64,000 nt of DNA from Candidatus Saccharibacteria bacterium RIFCSPHIGHO2_12_FULL_41_12 (GCA_001790445.1 MGCQ01000009.1:81491-145490), one strand, 5' to 3'; counted from the first letter of the stretch, positions 8,565-17,816 are shown. Numbers and translations are program-made. Notes: generated by a model not told the origin, from the sequence alone.

Positions 8565-9176
8565 ATGAAAGTGATTATTGACGGAGAAAATCTACGACAC
8601 CAGATCGCTGATGTGCTGGTAAAAAACAATAAGATTTTACCAAAAGACAAAAACAAGTATTTCAAGTTTGATTTGAGGGATTTCCTAGAAGATATTTTGT
8701 CAGAGCCTGAACTAGACATTAACTATTACGCTACAAAAGTGAAACAGCCGAAACATAAAATTCCAAAGAAATTAGTAGATAGGATACAGATGATATCTCA
8801 ATCGAACAGGCAATGGATAGCAAAGATTACAAATGACAAGATATGGGTAATAAAAGCAGGATATTTGCGTGTTAGAGAATCCAGCTCTTGTACGCACTGT
8901 GGCAAAAAGACTCTTGTACTGCAAGAAAAGGGTGTTGACGTTCGAGTAGCGACAGACATAGTTCTTGAGTCTCAAGGGAACCCAGGCACTTCACTCGCTG
9001 TGGCTTGCTCGGATAGTGACATTGTGCCGGCTCTGCAGGCTGCTAATTCGCTTGGTGGCAAGATTATTTATATTTGCTACAGTGGTCGACTTAATCGTTC
9101 GATAGCAGCTATTGCTGATAAGGTCGTAACTTATGATGATCCATCAGTGCTTAGATTTTTTGAGGCAACAAAATGA
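8565..9176 (+). CDS. NYN-domain (PIN-like, LabA/DUF88) protein with internal CxxC-x-CxxC-like zinc ribbon
   Basis: MKVIIDGENL..., GVDVRVATDIVLES...ACSDSDIVPAL, CTHCGKK. The stop overlaps the dnaJ start by 4 nt. Confidence 0.55.
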   Translation: MKVIIDGENLRHQIADVLVKNNKILPKDKNKYFKFDLRDFLEDILSEPELDINYYATKVKQPKHKIPKKLVDRIQMISQSNRQWIAKITNDKIWVIKAGYLRVRESSSCTHCGKKTLVLQEKGVDVRVATDIVLESQGNPGTSLAVACSDSDIVPALQAANSLGGKIIYICYSGRLNRSIAAIADKVVTYDDPSVLRFFEATK

Positions 9177-10282
9177 GTAAGAGAGATTATTACGAGGTAC
9201 TGGGAGTAGGCAAAGACGCTAGTGCGGACGAAATTAAAAAGGCTTTTCGCAAGCTTGCAGTAGAACACCACCCAGATCAAGGCGGTGATGAGACCAAATT
9301 CAAGGAAGCCAACGAAGCCTATGAAGTTCTAAAAGATCAGGCAAAACGACAGCGATATGACCAATTTGGTCACGCAGGTGTTGGCACTAGTGCGTCGAGC
9401 GACGGTGGGAACCCATTTGCCGGATTTGGTGGCGGACAAGGCCAGGAAATGCACTTTGACTTTGGAGATTTGGGGCTCGGCGACATATTCAGCAGTTTTT
9501 TTGGTGGTGGCACAGGTGGTGGTCAAAGAGGTGGTCCAAAACGTGGTCATGATGTAGAGACTGCCATAGAGCTGACCTTTGAAGAGGCAATTTTTGGAGT
9601 AGAAAAAGAACTACGGATCCGAATGCACGACAACTGTGAGCACTGTAAGGGCACGCGAGCAGAACCAGGACACGAGCTCAAAACATGCGAAGTCTGCAAA
9701 GGTGCGGGACAGGTGACACAGGGGATTCGGACTCCGTTTGGTGTAATTAATCAAGCAGCTATCTGTAAGAACTGTCAGGGATCAGGCAAAGTACCAGAAA
9801 AACTCTGCACAGTTTGTGGTGGCAAAGGCGTCAAAGATACACGGCAAACTATTAATCTCAAAATCCCCGCCGGAATTGACGATGGTGCAACGATTCGTTT
9901 GCACGAACGCGGTGAGGCTGTGGCAGGGGGCAGTAAGGGTGATTTGTACGTCCACATGAGGGTCAGGCCACACAAGAAGTTCACCAGAGAAGGTACTTTA
10001 ATACTCAGCGAAGAAAAAATCAGCATGGTTGACGCTGCTCTGGGCACAGAAATATCAGTAGAAACGGTTGACGGTCCAGTCAAAATGAAAGTACCCTCAG
10101 GCACGCAGAGTGGCGCAGATTTTAAGTTGTCAGGACACGGAGTGCCACATGTAAAAAGTGGATCTCGGGGTGCTCACATTGTGACAATAACAGTAGAGAC
10201 TCCGACAAGACTCAGCAAGAAACAAAAGGATCTGCTAGAAGAGTTCAATGATACAAAAGGTGGCGGGATCTTTGGCCTCTAG
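9173..10282 (+). CDS. dnaJ: Co-chaperone DnaJ
   Basis: J-domain DYYEVLGV...HPD, G/F-rich region, four CxxCxGxG zinc-finger repeats and a C-terminal domain. Confidence 0.95.
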   Translation: MSKRDYYEVLGVGKDASADEIKKAFRKLAVEHHPDQGGDETKFKEANEAYEVLKDQAKRQRYDQFGHAGVGTSASSDGGNPFAGFGGGQGQEMHFDFGDLGLGDIFSSFFGGGTGGGQRGGPKRGHDVETAIELTFEEAIFGVEKELRIRMHDNCEHCKGTRAEPGHELKTCEVCKGAGQVTQGIRTPFGVINQAAICKNCQGSGKVPEKLCTVCGGKGVKDTRQTINLKIPAGIDDGATIRLHERGEAVAGGSKGDLYVHMRVRPHKKFTREGTLILSEEKISMVDAALGTEISVETVDGPVKMKVPSGTQSGADFKLSGHGVPHVKSGSRGAHIVTITVETPTRLSKKQKDLLEEFNDTKGGGIFGL

Positions 10283-10316
10283 AAATATTAGTGACAATTA
10301 GTGTAAAATACTTGCA

Positions 10317-10433
10317 ATGATACAAAAGCATAACAAGAATCAGTCCGGATTTGTCTTAATGGCAATAGTCTTGATCGTGATCTTCATAGTAGTTCTAGGA
10401 CTGGCCCTCATAAGAGTTAAATCGCAAAACTAA
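10317..10433 (+). CDS. Small hydrophobic ORF (38 aa)
   Basis: MIQKHNKNQSGFVLMAIVLIVIFIVVLGLALIRVKSQN: a single TM segment. Below the ORF-track cutoff, found by reading the frame. Confidence 0.2.
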   Translation: MIQKHNKNQSGFVLMAIVLIVIFIVVLGLALIRVKSQN

Positions 10434-10435
10434 AC

Positions 10436-10870
10436 ATGTCCTTAAAAACTAGATTGAATGGCAACTTGAAAATCATTTTTTTGATAATTGCTATCTTGCT
10501 GATATTTTTTTCTCTCAGAGCAGATGTAACCACTGCTAGGCTAGGAAAACAAGATTTTCGGCTAGAAAAAGCAAACACACAGCAAAAAGAAGAAGCTGGC
10601 TTATCTGGCAGACAATCACTGGGCAAATACCATGGCATGATTTTTCAAAATAACGGAGATAGTGACATGTGTATGTGGATGAAAGACATGCGATTTGATT
10701 TGGCGATGATTTGGGTGGATGGTAGTGACAAAGTTACCTATATTGAGCCGCATTTGACGTCTGCATCTTATCCGAAAACGTTTTGTCACCCTGGGGACCA
10801 AGTTATAGAGGTCAATCCTACGGACCAAGAAGCTAGTGGACTAAAGGTCGGCGACCAGTTATTATTATAA
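10436..10870 (+). CDS. DUF192-family protein (N-terminal TM/signal)
   Basis: GMIFQ...MCMWMKDMRFDLAMIWVD matches DUF192 conserved motifs (GLMFR ... FWMKNT.IPLDIIF.D). Confidence 0.55.
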   Translation: MSLKTRLNGNLKIIFLIIAILLIFFSLRADVTTARLGKQDFRLEKANTQQKEEAGLSGRQSLGKYHGMIFQNNGDSDMCMWMKDMRFDLAMIWVDGSDKVTYIEPHLTSASYPKTFCHPGDQVIEVNPTDQEASGLKVGDQLLL

Positions 10871-10871
10871 A

Positions 10872-11336
10872 GTGATAAGCGTTAACGATTTACCCCTAAT
10901 TGCCGCAGGACTAACTGTAGCGATTTACGCAGTTGGCGTGGCGCTACGAGTGCCGGCCGCGTTAATAATTATTGGGGCGCTGATTGGTGATTTTATGGCC
11001 AACCAGTTAAGCTATTGGGCGCCAAGCATTTCGTTTATGAATCAGAGCGTAGGTAGCTTGCTTTTATTTGTTGCCCCGATAGTATTTATCGCAGTTATTG
11101 GGCGAAAAAGACAAGTCAAACCAGCACTATTTGACCATGTGCTACGGATAGTGGGGACTTTTTCGGTGGTTGTGCTGGTTAGCAAATATAACTATGCTTT
11201 GTCTAGTGATTTGTCTGGTAGTATCTTGGGAAATTGGAGTAACTCGGTAGATATTTATGTTAGTGGGTGCGTGCTATTTTCTATCTTTTTGATTATTTCT
11301 AGCATTCACAAGGTTAAACGCAGCCACCACAAATAG
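10872..11336 (+). CDS. Hypothetical integral membrane protein
   Basis: 154 aa with four or more hydrophobic helices. Confidence 0.45.
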   Translation: MISVNDLPLIAAGLTVAIYAVGVALRVPAALIIIGALIGDFMANQLSYWAPSISFMNQSVGSLLLFVAPIVFIAVIGRKRQVKPALFDHVLRIVGTFSVVVLVSKYNYALSSDLSGSILGNWSNSVDIYVSGCVLFSIFLIISSIHKVKRSHHK

Positions 11337-11350
11337 CAGTTTTTACTGAT

Positions 11351-11455
11351 ATAAATTCAGCTTAGACTAAAATAGAGCGTTACACGCAAGGAAACCTTCA
11401 GTTTCTTTGGTTGCTCTACGCTTATACTCTATTTTAGTCTAAGCTGAATTTATCT
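11351..11455. repeat. Perfect 27-bp inverted repeat (ataaattcagcttagactaaaatagag) with a roughly 50-nt spacer
   Basis: Left arm at 11351-11377; right arm 11428-11454 is its exact reverse complement. The spacer contains additional partial pairing. Confidence 0.7.
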
Positions 11456-11556
11456 AACAATGTTAGGTGAATGTGTCTGTAATCTGTTAATTGATTGACT
11501 TTTTGCCAAAAATCTGCATAATTATAAGAGTAATTCCGCATTTTGCAATAGATTGT

Positions 11557-11632
11557 GGGCCTATAGCTCAGTTGGTAGAGCAGCGGCCTTTTAAGCCGCG
11601 TGTCGTGGGTTCAAGTCCCACTGGGCCCTCCA
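11557..11632 (+). tRNA. tRNA-Lys (anticodon TTT), CCA encoded
   Basis: Cloverleaf: acceptor gggccta/tgggccc, anticodon stem gcggc/gccgc, loop cttttaa, T-loop ttcaagt. Confidence 0.9.
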
Positions 11633-11688
11633 GTTCTGAAATATAAAAGGCTTCCCCGAGAAGTCTTTTTGTTTGGTATACTCAATTT

Positions 11689-12219
11689 ATGGCGAAAATT
11701 GCGATTGTTGATGAGAATGATAACGTTATTGGCTCTGAGGAGTGGGATGTTGTTCGAGCAAAAGGTTTGCGCCACCGCATAGTCAGAATATTTGTTATAA
11801 ATAGTGATGGCAAAATACTACTTCACAAAAGAAATGAAAGTTTGAAAGATAATCCAGGGAAATGGGACCAGTCTGCGGGCGGACATGTTGATGAGGGCGA
11901 AGACTATGTTACTGCTGCAAAACGTGAAACACATGAAGAGCTGGGGATAGAAATTGATAAATTTACCAAAATAGGTAAATTCTATATTGAGAGAGAAGCC
12001 CCTGGTGGGATTGCACGTAGATTCCACACAGTTTTTACATGCAAATGGGACGGCGATATAAATTTTGCCAAATCAGAGATTGCAGAAATAGGTTGGTTTT
12101 CTGTCGACGAGATTGACTTATGGTTCAAAAAATCGCCAGACAGATTCACAATAAATTTTGCCAAGGCATTTGCCCTACTCAAACAGTCTCTCTCAAGCGA
12201 AGCAGATTATAGGCAGTGA
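11689..12219 (+). CDS. NUDIX hydrolase (isopentenyl-diphosphate isomerase-like subfamily)
   Basis: Nudix box GGHVDEGEDYVTAAKRETHEELGIEI. The N-terminal region resembles IDI type 1. Confidence 0.65.
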   Translation: MAKIAIVDENDNVIGSEEWDVVRAKGLRHRIVRIFVINSDGKILLHKRNESLKDNPGKWDQSAGGHVDEGEDYVTAAKRETHEELGIEIDKFTKIGKFYIEREAPGGIARRFHTVFTCKWDGDINFAKSEIAEIGWFSVDEIDLWFKKSPDRFTINFAKAFALLKQSLSSEADYRQ

Positions 12220-13123
12220 TGGCGGAGGCGAGTTGGTGGAGACGGACCTCGGGGTTCGACTTATTCGGCGGTTCTATTGCTCGGGCTAGCCAATATCCAA
12301 TAAGTGTGTACGCATGTTTTGGATTAAAATACTCATCCAAATACTGTGAAATATCGATTTCACTCTTTGTCAGGTCAATCAAGAACATCGTACTATCAGA
12401 ATTTGGAAGTCCTATTCCGGCCCAGCTCCAATCAACTATTCTAACTCCAAGAAAAGGGTGCCAAGCGATGTTATGTTGACGAGCGTCATGATGGCAAAAA
12501 GCAGTCAACTCAGTAGCGTCAATTGGTTTGAACTTGGCCATAAGATTATCCAGGTTGTTAAGTAGTTCCTGCCCCGATGCAATAGTCATAGGATAAAGAT
12601 TTGTCTTGTGTTGTTTCAATTTATCAGCAACTTGGGGCTTAAGCCCAGGTGTTTTGATCAGTTTTTGCCAACCTTTGCGCTCAAGAGTTTGTTGGCTAGG
12701 TGCGACTACTGATTCATCCAGATTGACACTAACCGATTCCTTTTGGAAAAGAGCATTTAGTATTTCTTTGATGTATTTTGGTCGCAACTCTTCGTCTTCC
12801 GGAGCTTCCCAAAACCAGCCGAGCTCTTCAGTGTATGCGGGTAGCACTAAAGATCCATCAATTAATTCCGCGTGTTCAGGCACAGTGTCAATAGTCGATA
12901 ATTGGTTGATCACTGTATTCTCTTTTTGAAGATAAGCTACTGCATGTGCCGATTGAGTTGGGTTTAAGTTAGCATCTTCCACAAATTTCTTGACAAAAAT
13001 ACGTTCGCTATCATTAGTGTAGATTGCTTTTTCATAGGACATGTGGCCTTTATTAACAGGTGTTTTTTGAGTAAGCTCACTATCTAGTCCAAGACTGTCA
13101 AAATAGGCAAGTATTTCATCCAT
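12179..13123 (-). CDS. Phosphotransferase-family kinase (APH/ChoK-like fold)
   Basis: Catalytic-loop-like HHDARQHNI and the IVDWSWAG motif (APH: HGDLHPGN / IDxE). The 3' end overlaps the NUDIX gene by about 40 nt (convergent). Confidence 0.45.
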   Translation of the reverse strand: MDEILAYFDSLGLDSELTQKTPVNKGHMSYEKAIYTNDSERIFVKKFVEDANLNPTQSAHAVAYLQKENTVINQLSTIDTVPEHAELIDGSLVLPAYTEELGWFWEAPEDEELRPKYIKEILNALFQKESVSVNLDESVVAPSQQTLERKGWQKLIKTPGLKPQVADKLKQHKTNLYPMTIASGQELLNNLDNLMAKFKPIDATELTAFCHHDARQHNIAWHPFLGVRIVDWSWAGIGLPNSDSTMFLIDLTKSEIDISQYLDEYFNPKHAYTLIGYWLARAIEPPNKSNPEVRLHQLASAITAYNLLRLRETV

Positions 13124-13138
13124 GTATCTTAGTATATA

Positions 13139-14614
13139 ATGTTAGCAAGAATGAAAAAGCTTAAGCATTATTTTGCTATGCGTTTTAATTGGACGACAGG
13201 GTTAACTTGTTTTTGTTTTGCGGTAGTTGCAGGAGTGTACTCAGCGAGATTCTACCGAAGTATTCAGCTTGAAATAGTTCTAATATTAGGATTACTTAGC
13301 ATGTTAACTACCCGGCGTAGACAAATCATTTGGACAACTTTAATGATCTTGTTTGGACTGAGTCTGGGGCTATGGCGGGGTGGGCAATTTCAGCAAAGCT
13401 TTGCTGGCTATGAGCAAATTTACGGTAAAAAAGTTATTATCACAGCACAAGCAAAAAGTGACGGAGTTTACGATGATAAACAACAGCTAGAATTTGATAT
13501 TGGGGATATAGTAGTCGCCGAGGAAGATCTGAGCTTGCCGGGCAAAATGACAGTGTCAGGATTCGGTGCACCGGCGGTTACAAGAGGCGATATTGTGCAG
13601 GTAGAGGGCAAAGTCTACAAAACTTTGGGCGGGAAGGTAGGCAGGGTTAGCTTTGCACAAATAGAGGTACTAAATCATACAAATTCAATCGTCGAGCAAG
13701 TTCGCCAGAGGTTTGTGGCTGGGATGTACAATGCTTTGCCAGAACCAGCGGCATCTTTTGGTTTGGGGCTTTTGATCGGACAGCGTAGCACCTTGCCAAA
13801 AGATGTCGACCAAGATCTGCGGAATGTAGGCCTGGTTCATATTGTGGCGGTATCTGGATACAACTTAACAATCTTAGTATTGTTTTCTAGGCGACTGCTA
13901 GAGAAACATTCTAAATACCAAGCTACACTTTTGTCAGGCCTTTTGATAGTTGGATTTTTGCTAATAACTGGGTTCAGTGCCTCAATAGTTAGAGCAGCGA
14001 TTGTTAGTGTGCTGTCTCTGTGGGCTTGGTATTGTGGCAGAAACATAAAACCACTTCTGTTGATTGGTCTTGCAGCCACAATGACGGGGTTGGGTAGTCC
14101 GCTATATATCTGGTTTGACATTGGCTGGTATCTGTCATTTTTGGCCTTTTTTGGAATTTTGGTTTTGTCGCCTCTGCTGATCAAAAGATATTCAAAAAGC
14201 AGTAAATTGTTGGAGTACAAACAACTAGTTAGTGATACGTTTTCTGCGCAAGTTATGACGGTACCGATAATAATGTTTATCTTTGCCAAAATTTCGGTGG
14301 TTGGATTTTTGGTCAATCTGGTTGTGGTGCCATTAGTTCCTTTTGCGATGTTGTTCAGTTTTATAGCGGGGCTGGCAGGGACGATTGTGCCCACAGTTTC
14401 TGGGTTGTTGGCATTGCCAGCAAAGATACTGTTGGTGGCAATTCTTGATTTGGCACAACTTTTTGCACAAATTCCCCATGCACTAACGATAGCTAAAATA
14501 AATATCACAGGAATGATAATTTGTTACGCCGTAGTAGTCGCGTTCTGTATAATTTTGCATCAAAAGACCAAAGGCCTTCGTGATATAATTGACGAGGAAA
14601 AAGATTTGTTCTAA
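13139..14614 (+). CDS. comEC: ComEC/Rec2-like competence membrane channel; no C-terminal beta-lactamase domain
   Basis: Competence domain motif LLIGQRSTLPKDVDQDLRNVGLVHIVAVSGYNLTILV and multiple TM helices. Confidence 0.7.
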   Translation: MLARMKKLKHYFAMRFNWTTGLTCFCFAVVAGVYSARFYRSIQLEIVLILGLLSMLTTRRRQIIWTTLMILFGLSLGLWRGGQFQQSFAGYEQIYGKKVIITAQAKSDGVYDDKQQLEFDIGDIVVAEEDLSLPGKMTVSGFGAPAVTRGDIVQVEGKVYKTLGGKVGRVSFAQIEVLNHTNSIVEQVRQRFVAGMYNALPEPAASFGLGLLIGQRSTLPKDVDQDLRNVGLVHIVAVSGYNLTILVLFSRRLLEKHSKYQATLLSGLLIVGFLLITGFSASIVRAAIVSVLSLWAWYCGRNIKPLLLIGLAATMTGLGSPLYIWFDIGWYLSFLAFFGILVLSPLLIKRYSKSSKLLEYKQLVSDTFSAQVMTVPIIMFIFAKISVVGFLVNLVVVPLVPFAMLFSFIAGLAGTIVPTVSGLLALPAKILLVAILDLAQLFAQIPHALTIAKINITGMIICYAVVVAFCIILHQKTKGLRDIIDEEKDLF

Positions 14615-14628
14615 AAGCGGGAGAAGTT

Positions 14629-15342
14629 ATGTCTGGACACAGTAAATGGGCAAAAATTCATAGAGGTAAGGCTGTTGAAGACGCCAAAAGAGGTGCAATT
14701 TTTACAAAATTGGGCAATAATATTGCGATTGCCGCGCGAGCAGGTGCAGACCCAGACACAAACTTTTCACTAAGGTTGGCAATAGATAAAGCCAAAGCTG
14801 CCAACATGCCAGGGAGTAATATCCAAAAAGCAATTGACCGAGGATCAGGGAAGTTGGGCGGTGAGCAGATTCAAGAGGTTATGTATGAAGGCTATGGACC
14901 AGGTGGTACTGGGATTTTGGTTGAATGCGCCACAGACAACATCAACAGGACATACCCAGATGTAAAAGTAGCTTTTACTAAACATGGTGGCAATATGGCA
15001 GAAAAGGGCTCTGTTGCCTTTCTTTTTGATCACAAGGGCATGATAGTGGTCAAAGAAACAGGAGAGGATTTGCTACTCGAAGCAATAGACGCAGGAGCAG
15101 AGGATGTGGTAGAGGAGGACGGCGAGACTATAATCTATACTGAGCCCAAAAAATTAGCCGAAGTCAGAAATGCACTAAAAGAAAACCACAATATTACAGA
15201 AGCAGAGTTAACGTACGTACCCAAAAATATTATTACTATCAGCGACGAAGCAACAATTGGCAAGATTACTCGCCTGATGGACAAAATAGAAGAAAACGAC
15301 GATGTAGTAAAAACCCACGTAAACTTCGACGTTGAGGTTTGA
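14629..15342 (+). CDS. YebC/PmpR-family transcriptional regulator
   Basis: MSGHSKWAKIHRGKA... is the canonical YebC N-terminus. Confidence 0.9.
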   Translation: MSGHSKWAKIHRGKAVEDAKRGAIFTKLGNNIAIAARAGADPDTNFSLRLAIDKAKAANMPGSNIQKAIDRGSGKLGGEQIQEVMYEGYGPGGTGILVECATDNINRTYPDVKVAFTKHGGNMAEKGSVAFLFDHKGMIVVKETGEDLLLEAIDAGAEDVVEEDGETIIYTEPKKLAEVRNALKENHNITEAELTYVPKNIITISDEATIGKITRLMDKIEENDDVVKTHVNFDVEV

Positions 15343-15824
15343 GGGTGAGGATTTTGGGGATTGATCCAGGGACAGGACGGCTTGGGTTTGGCATTATTGA
15401 CTATAGGGCAGATGGGCGGTTAGAGCTAGTTGACGGTGGAGTGATTACTACACCAGCCAATTCGGACGAAGCAAGTCGATTACTAACTATTAATAACGAA
15501 CTAGAAGAGATTATTAGAACTCACAAACCGCACGTTATGGCCGTTGAGAAATTATTCTTTATGCGGAATGTAACGACAGCTATGAGCGTATCACAAGCCA
15601 GAGGAGTGGTTCTGCTACTGGGCAAACAAAACGGTCTAGACATTTTTGAATATACGCCACTCCAGATAAAACAAGCTGTTACAGGTTATGGTAAAGCAGA
15701 TAAAAACCAAGTACAGGAAATGGTCAAAGTTATTCTAAAGCTCAAATCTATACCTAAGCCAGATGACTGCGCCGATGCGCTAGCTTGTGCAATAGCGCAT
15801 AGCATGACAACAAGATTCGCCTAA
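15339..15824 (+). CDS. ruvC: Holliday junction resolvase RuvC
   Basis: ILGIDPGTGRLGFGII... is the RNase H-like RuvC N-terminus. Overlaps yebC by 4 nt. Confidence 0.9.
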   Translation: MRVRILGIDPGTGRLGFGIIDYRADGRLELVDGGVITTPANSDEASRLLTINNELEEIIRTHKPHVMAVEKLFFMRNVTTAMSVSQARGVVLLLGKQNGLDIFEYTPLQIKQAVTGYGKADKNQVQEMVKVILKLKSIPKPDDCADALACAIAHSMTTRFA

Positions 15825-15854
15825 GTTCATAATACTAAAACAAAATCACCTCAG

Positions 15855-16548
15855 AATATGCGTCAGGGTCGCACCCTGACGCAGTTTTAGATGACTACTG
15901 TTGGGCTAGCTCCCATTTTAGCTCATCAATAATTTGTTTTTGTTCTTCGTAATCATGTAAAAATTTTACATAATCTTGTTTTCCTTCAAATAAAGTCATA
16001 ATTCTTTGAGGATTTATCCAATCTGCCTCCCTCTTATTTAGGTAGAAATCAAGGCTTGATTTGTCTGTATTGACCCAGTTATTTGGGTTTAGGTGAATAT
16101 ATCTAGAAATATGAGTTAAGTAATTGTCTGCGTCAATCAGACTGGCAAGATATCTACTTTGAAACAGCGGACCAGCACGCTTGTGCGTCTTGTTAAAATA
16201 CATACTGTAACTTATCATTAATGATTTCATAAGGTCCGTCATGGCCTTCTCATCATGTTGGTAAACTAAAATATGGATATGGTTTGGCATGAGTGCGTAG
16301 GCAAGAAGTTCAATCCTATTATGATAATTAGGGTAGCCATGTCTTGTTGGGCTTATTATTTCTTCTGTTGATAAATATCGTTTAAATAAGCTAATATACA
16401 TTCGATAATCCTCATCGTCAGCAAAAATGTTTTGCTTAGCTACACCTCTGGAGTAAATGTGATAGTAGCGTTTAGGCAGATAAGTTTTTATTACATTGCG
16501 AACAGGCATACATACATTATGCGTCAGGGTCGTACCCTGACGCAAGGG
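15855..16548 (-). mobile_element. IS200/IS605-like or REP-associated (RAYT) element: HUH Y1 transposase gene flanked by direct copies of a 25-nt palindromic hairpin
   Basis: tgcgtcagggtcgcaccctgacgca at 15859-15883 and tgcgtcagggtcgtaccctgacgca at 16520-16544 bracket the transposase gene. Inserted in the ruvC–ruvA intergenic region. Confidence 0.6.
15895..16509 (-). CDS. HUH tyrosine transposase (IS200-like / RAYT, COG1943)
   Basis: YHIYSRG, HUH motif PNHIHILV, catalytic-Tyr region RYIHLNP. The ORF track's extended N-terminus (MRQGTTLT) is the translated flanking hairpin; a start at MPVRN is preferred. Confidence 0.75.
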   Translation of the reverse strand: MPVRNVIKTYLPKRYYHIYSRGVAKQNIFADDEDYRMYISLFKRYLSTEEIISPTRHGYPNYHNRIELLAYALMPNHIHILVYQHDEKAMTDLMKSLMISYSMYFNKTHKRAGPLFQSRYLASLIDADNYLTHISRYIHLNPNNWVNTDKSSLDFYLNKREADWINPQRIMTLFEGKQDYVKFLHDYEEQKQIIDELKWELAQQ

Positions 16549-16569
16549 GTTTGTGAGATAATAAAGATA

Positions 16570-17154
16570 ATGATCGCTTATTTAGAGGGAATAATAAAAA
16601 GCAATAACTCCAGCAATGTAATTCTGGATGTGAACGGAGTTGGATACGGGATATTCGTATCAACTGAAGATAGGTCAAAGCTAAAGAGTGACACTAACCA
16701 CAAATTCTACATCTACGAGCATATCAGAGAGCAGAGTCATGATTTATTCGGTTTTACAGTAGAGGGAGATAAGGAATTCTTTGAAAAGTTATTAGGAGTG
16801 AATGGTGTAGGGCCCAAGATGGCACTTAACATGTTAAGTATTGGCTCTACAAGCGAACTGCGATCTGCAATAGCAAGTGGGGATGTGAAATTTATTCAAC
16901 AAGCCTCAGGGGTAGGCAAAAAACTAGCCGAGAGAATTATCATTGAGCTAAAAGACAAAGTTGGGCTGGCCAGTGATGTTACTGCAGGGGACATGTTAAG
17001 CGGTGATCATGCCTCTATCAAAGACGACGCTACGTCGGGACTTATTGCTCTTGGTTACTCAGATTATGATGCCAGGAGCGCTCTTGCAAAAGTTAGCAAA
17101 GATCTCTCAACTGAAGAAAGAATCAAACAAGCACTGAAAGGAAACCTGAAATGA
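16570..17154 (+). CDS. ruvA: Holliday junction branch-migration protein RuvA
   Basis: MIAYLEGII...VNGVGYGIFVS...LLGVNGVGPKMALNMLS. The ORF-track upstream extension reads through the IS hairpin. Confidence 0.9.
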   Translation: MIAYLEGIIKSNNSSNVILDVNGVGYGIFVSTEDRSKLKSDTNHKFYIYEHIREQSHDLFGFTVEGDKEFFEKLLGVNGVGPKMALNMLSIGSTSELRSAIASGDVKFIQQASGVGKKLAERIIIELKDKVGLASDVTAGDMLSGDHASIKDDATSGLIALGYSDYDARSALAKVSKDLSTEERIKQALKGNLK

Positions 17155-17816
17155 TTGTTATTACAGGTGCGAGTGAAGGACTGGGGCTTGAGGTAGCCAA
17201 ACTATATAAAAATGATGACAAAAAAATTGTTAATATCTCTTTGACAGACTCTATTGCTGCTGATATAAATATGATTTATGATTTGTCGGAAGGCAAACAG
17301 ATTGAAATGGCAGCGAAAGATGTAATTGCTCTTAATGAACCACTCGACGTTCTAATAAATTGCGCAGGAGTCTGGACAAACGAACCAATTGGCAAGATTA
17401 CCGAAAAAGAAATTAAACAAACCATGGTCTCAAATGTAAAATCAACGATACTACTAACCTCAAATCTAATTGCCAAAATCAAAAAAGACGGTAGTGACGT
17501 TGCCAACATATCATCAATAGCGGGGACAAAAAACTACACTAATGAGTGCGTTGTTTACTCTGCTTCTAAATGGGCAGTCAGAGGATTTAGCGCAAATTTG
17601 CAACGTGAACTGAAAGATACCAAATGCCGAGTGATCAGTTTTTGCCCTGATGGATTTCACAGCAAGCTCATGGAAAAAGTTACCGGAAAAAGCAGTAAAG
17701 AGCGCAAAGATTTGATGAATGTTAGTGACGTGGCCTTACTACTGAAACAAATTCTGGATTTGCCAAAAAACATGGAAGTATCAGAAGTGGTGATCACTAA
17801 AAAGGGTGCAAAATAA
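17151..17816 (+). CDS. Short-chain dehydrogenase/reductase (SDR)
   Basis: TGASEGLG Rossmann motif and YSASK catalytic YxxxK. Overlaps the ruvA stop by 4 nt and the ruvB start. Confidence 0.8.
   Translation: MIVITGASEGLGLEVAKLYKNDDKKIVNISLTDSIAADINMIYDLSEGKQIEMAAKDVIALNEPLDVLINCAGVWTNEPIGKITEKEIKQTMVSNVKSTILLTSNLIAKIKKDGSDVANISSIAGTKNYTNECVVYSASKWAVRGFSANLQRELKDTKCRVISFCPDGFHSKLMEKVTGKSSKERKDLMNVSDVALLLKQILDLPKNMEVSEVVITKKGAK

Noticed and set aside
8365-8568. 67-aa ORF upstream of the NYN gene
   Set aside because: The frame is composed of the two tandem promoter/hairpin/U-tract modules; structure rather than coding explains the sequence.
11600-11782. 60-aa ORF overlapping tRNA-Lys(TTT)
   Set aside because: Lies inside or across a well-formed tRNA and its promoter-distal flank; translation starts within the tRNA; no RBS.
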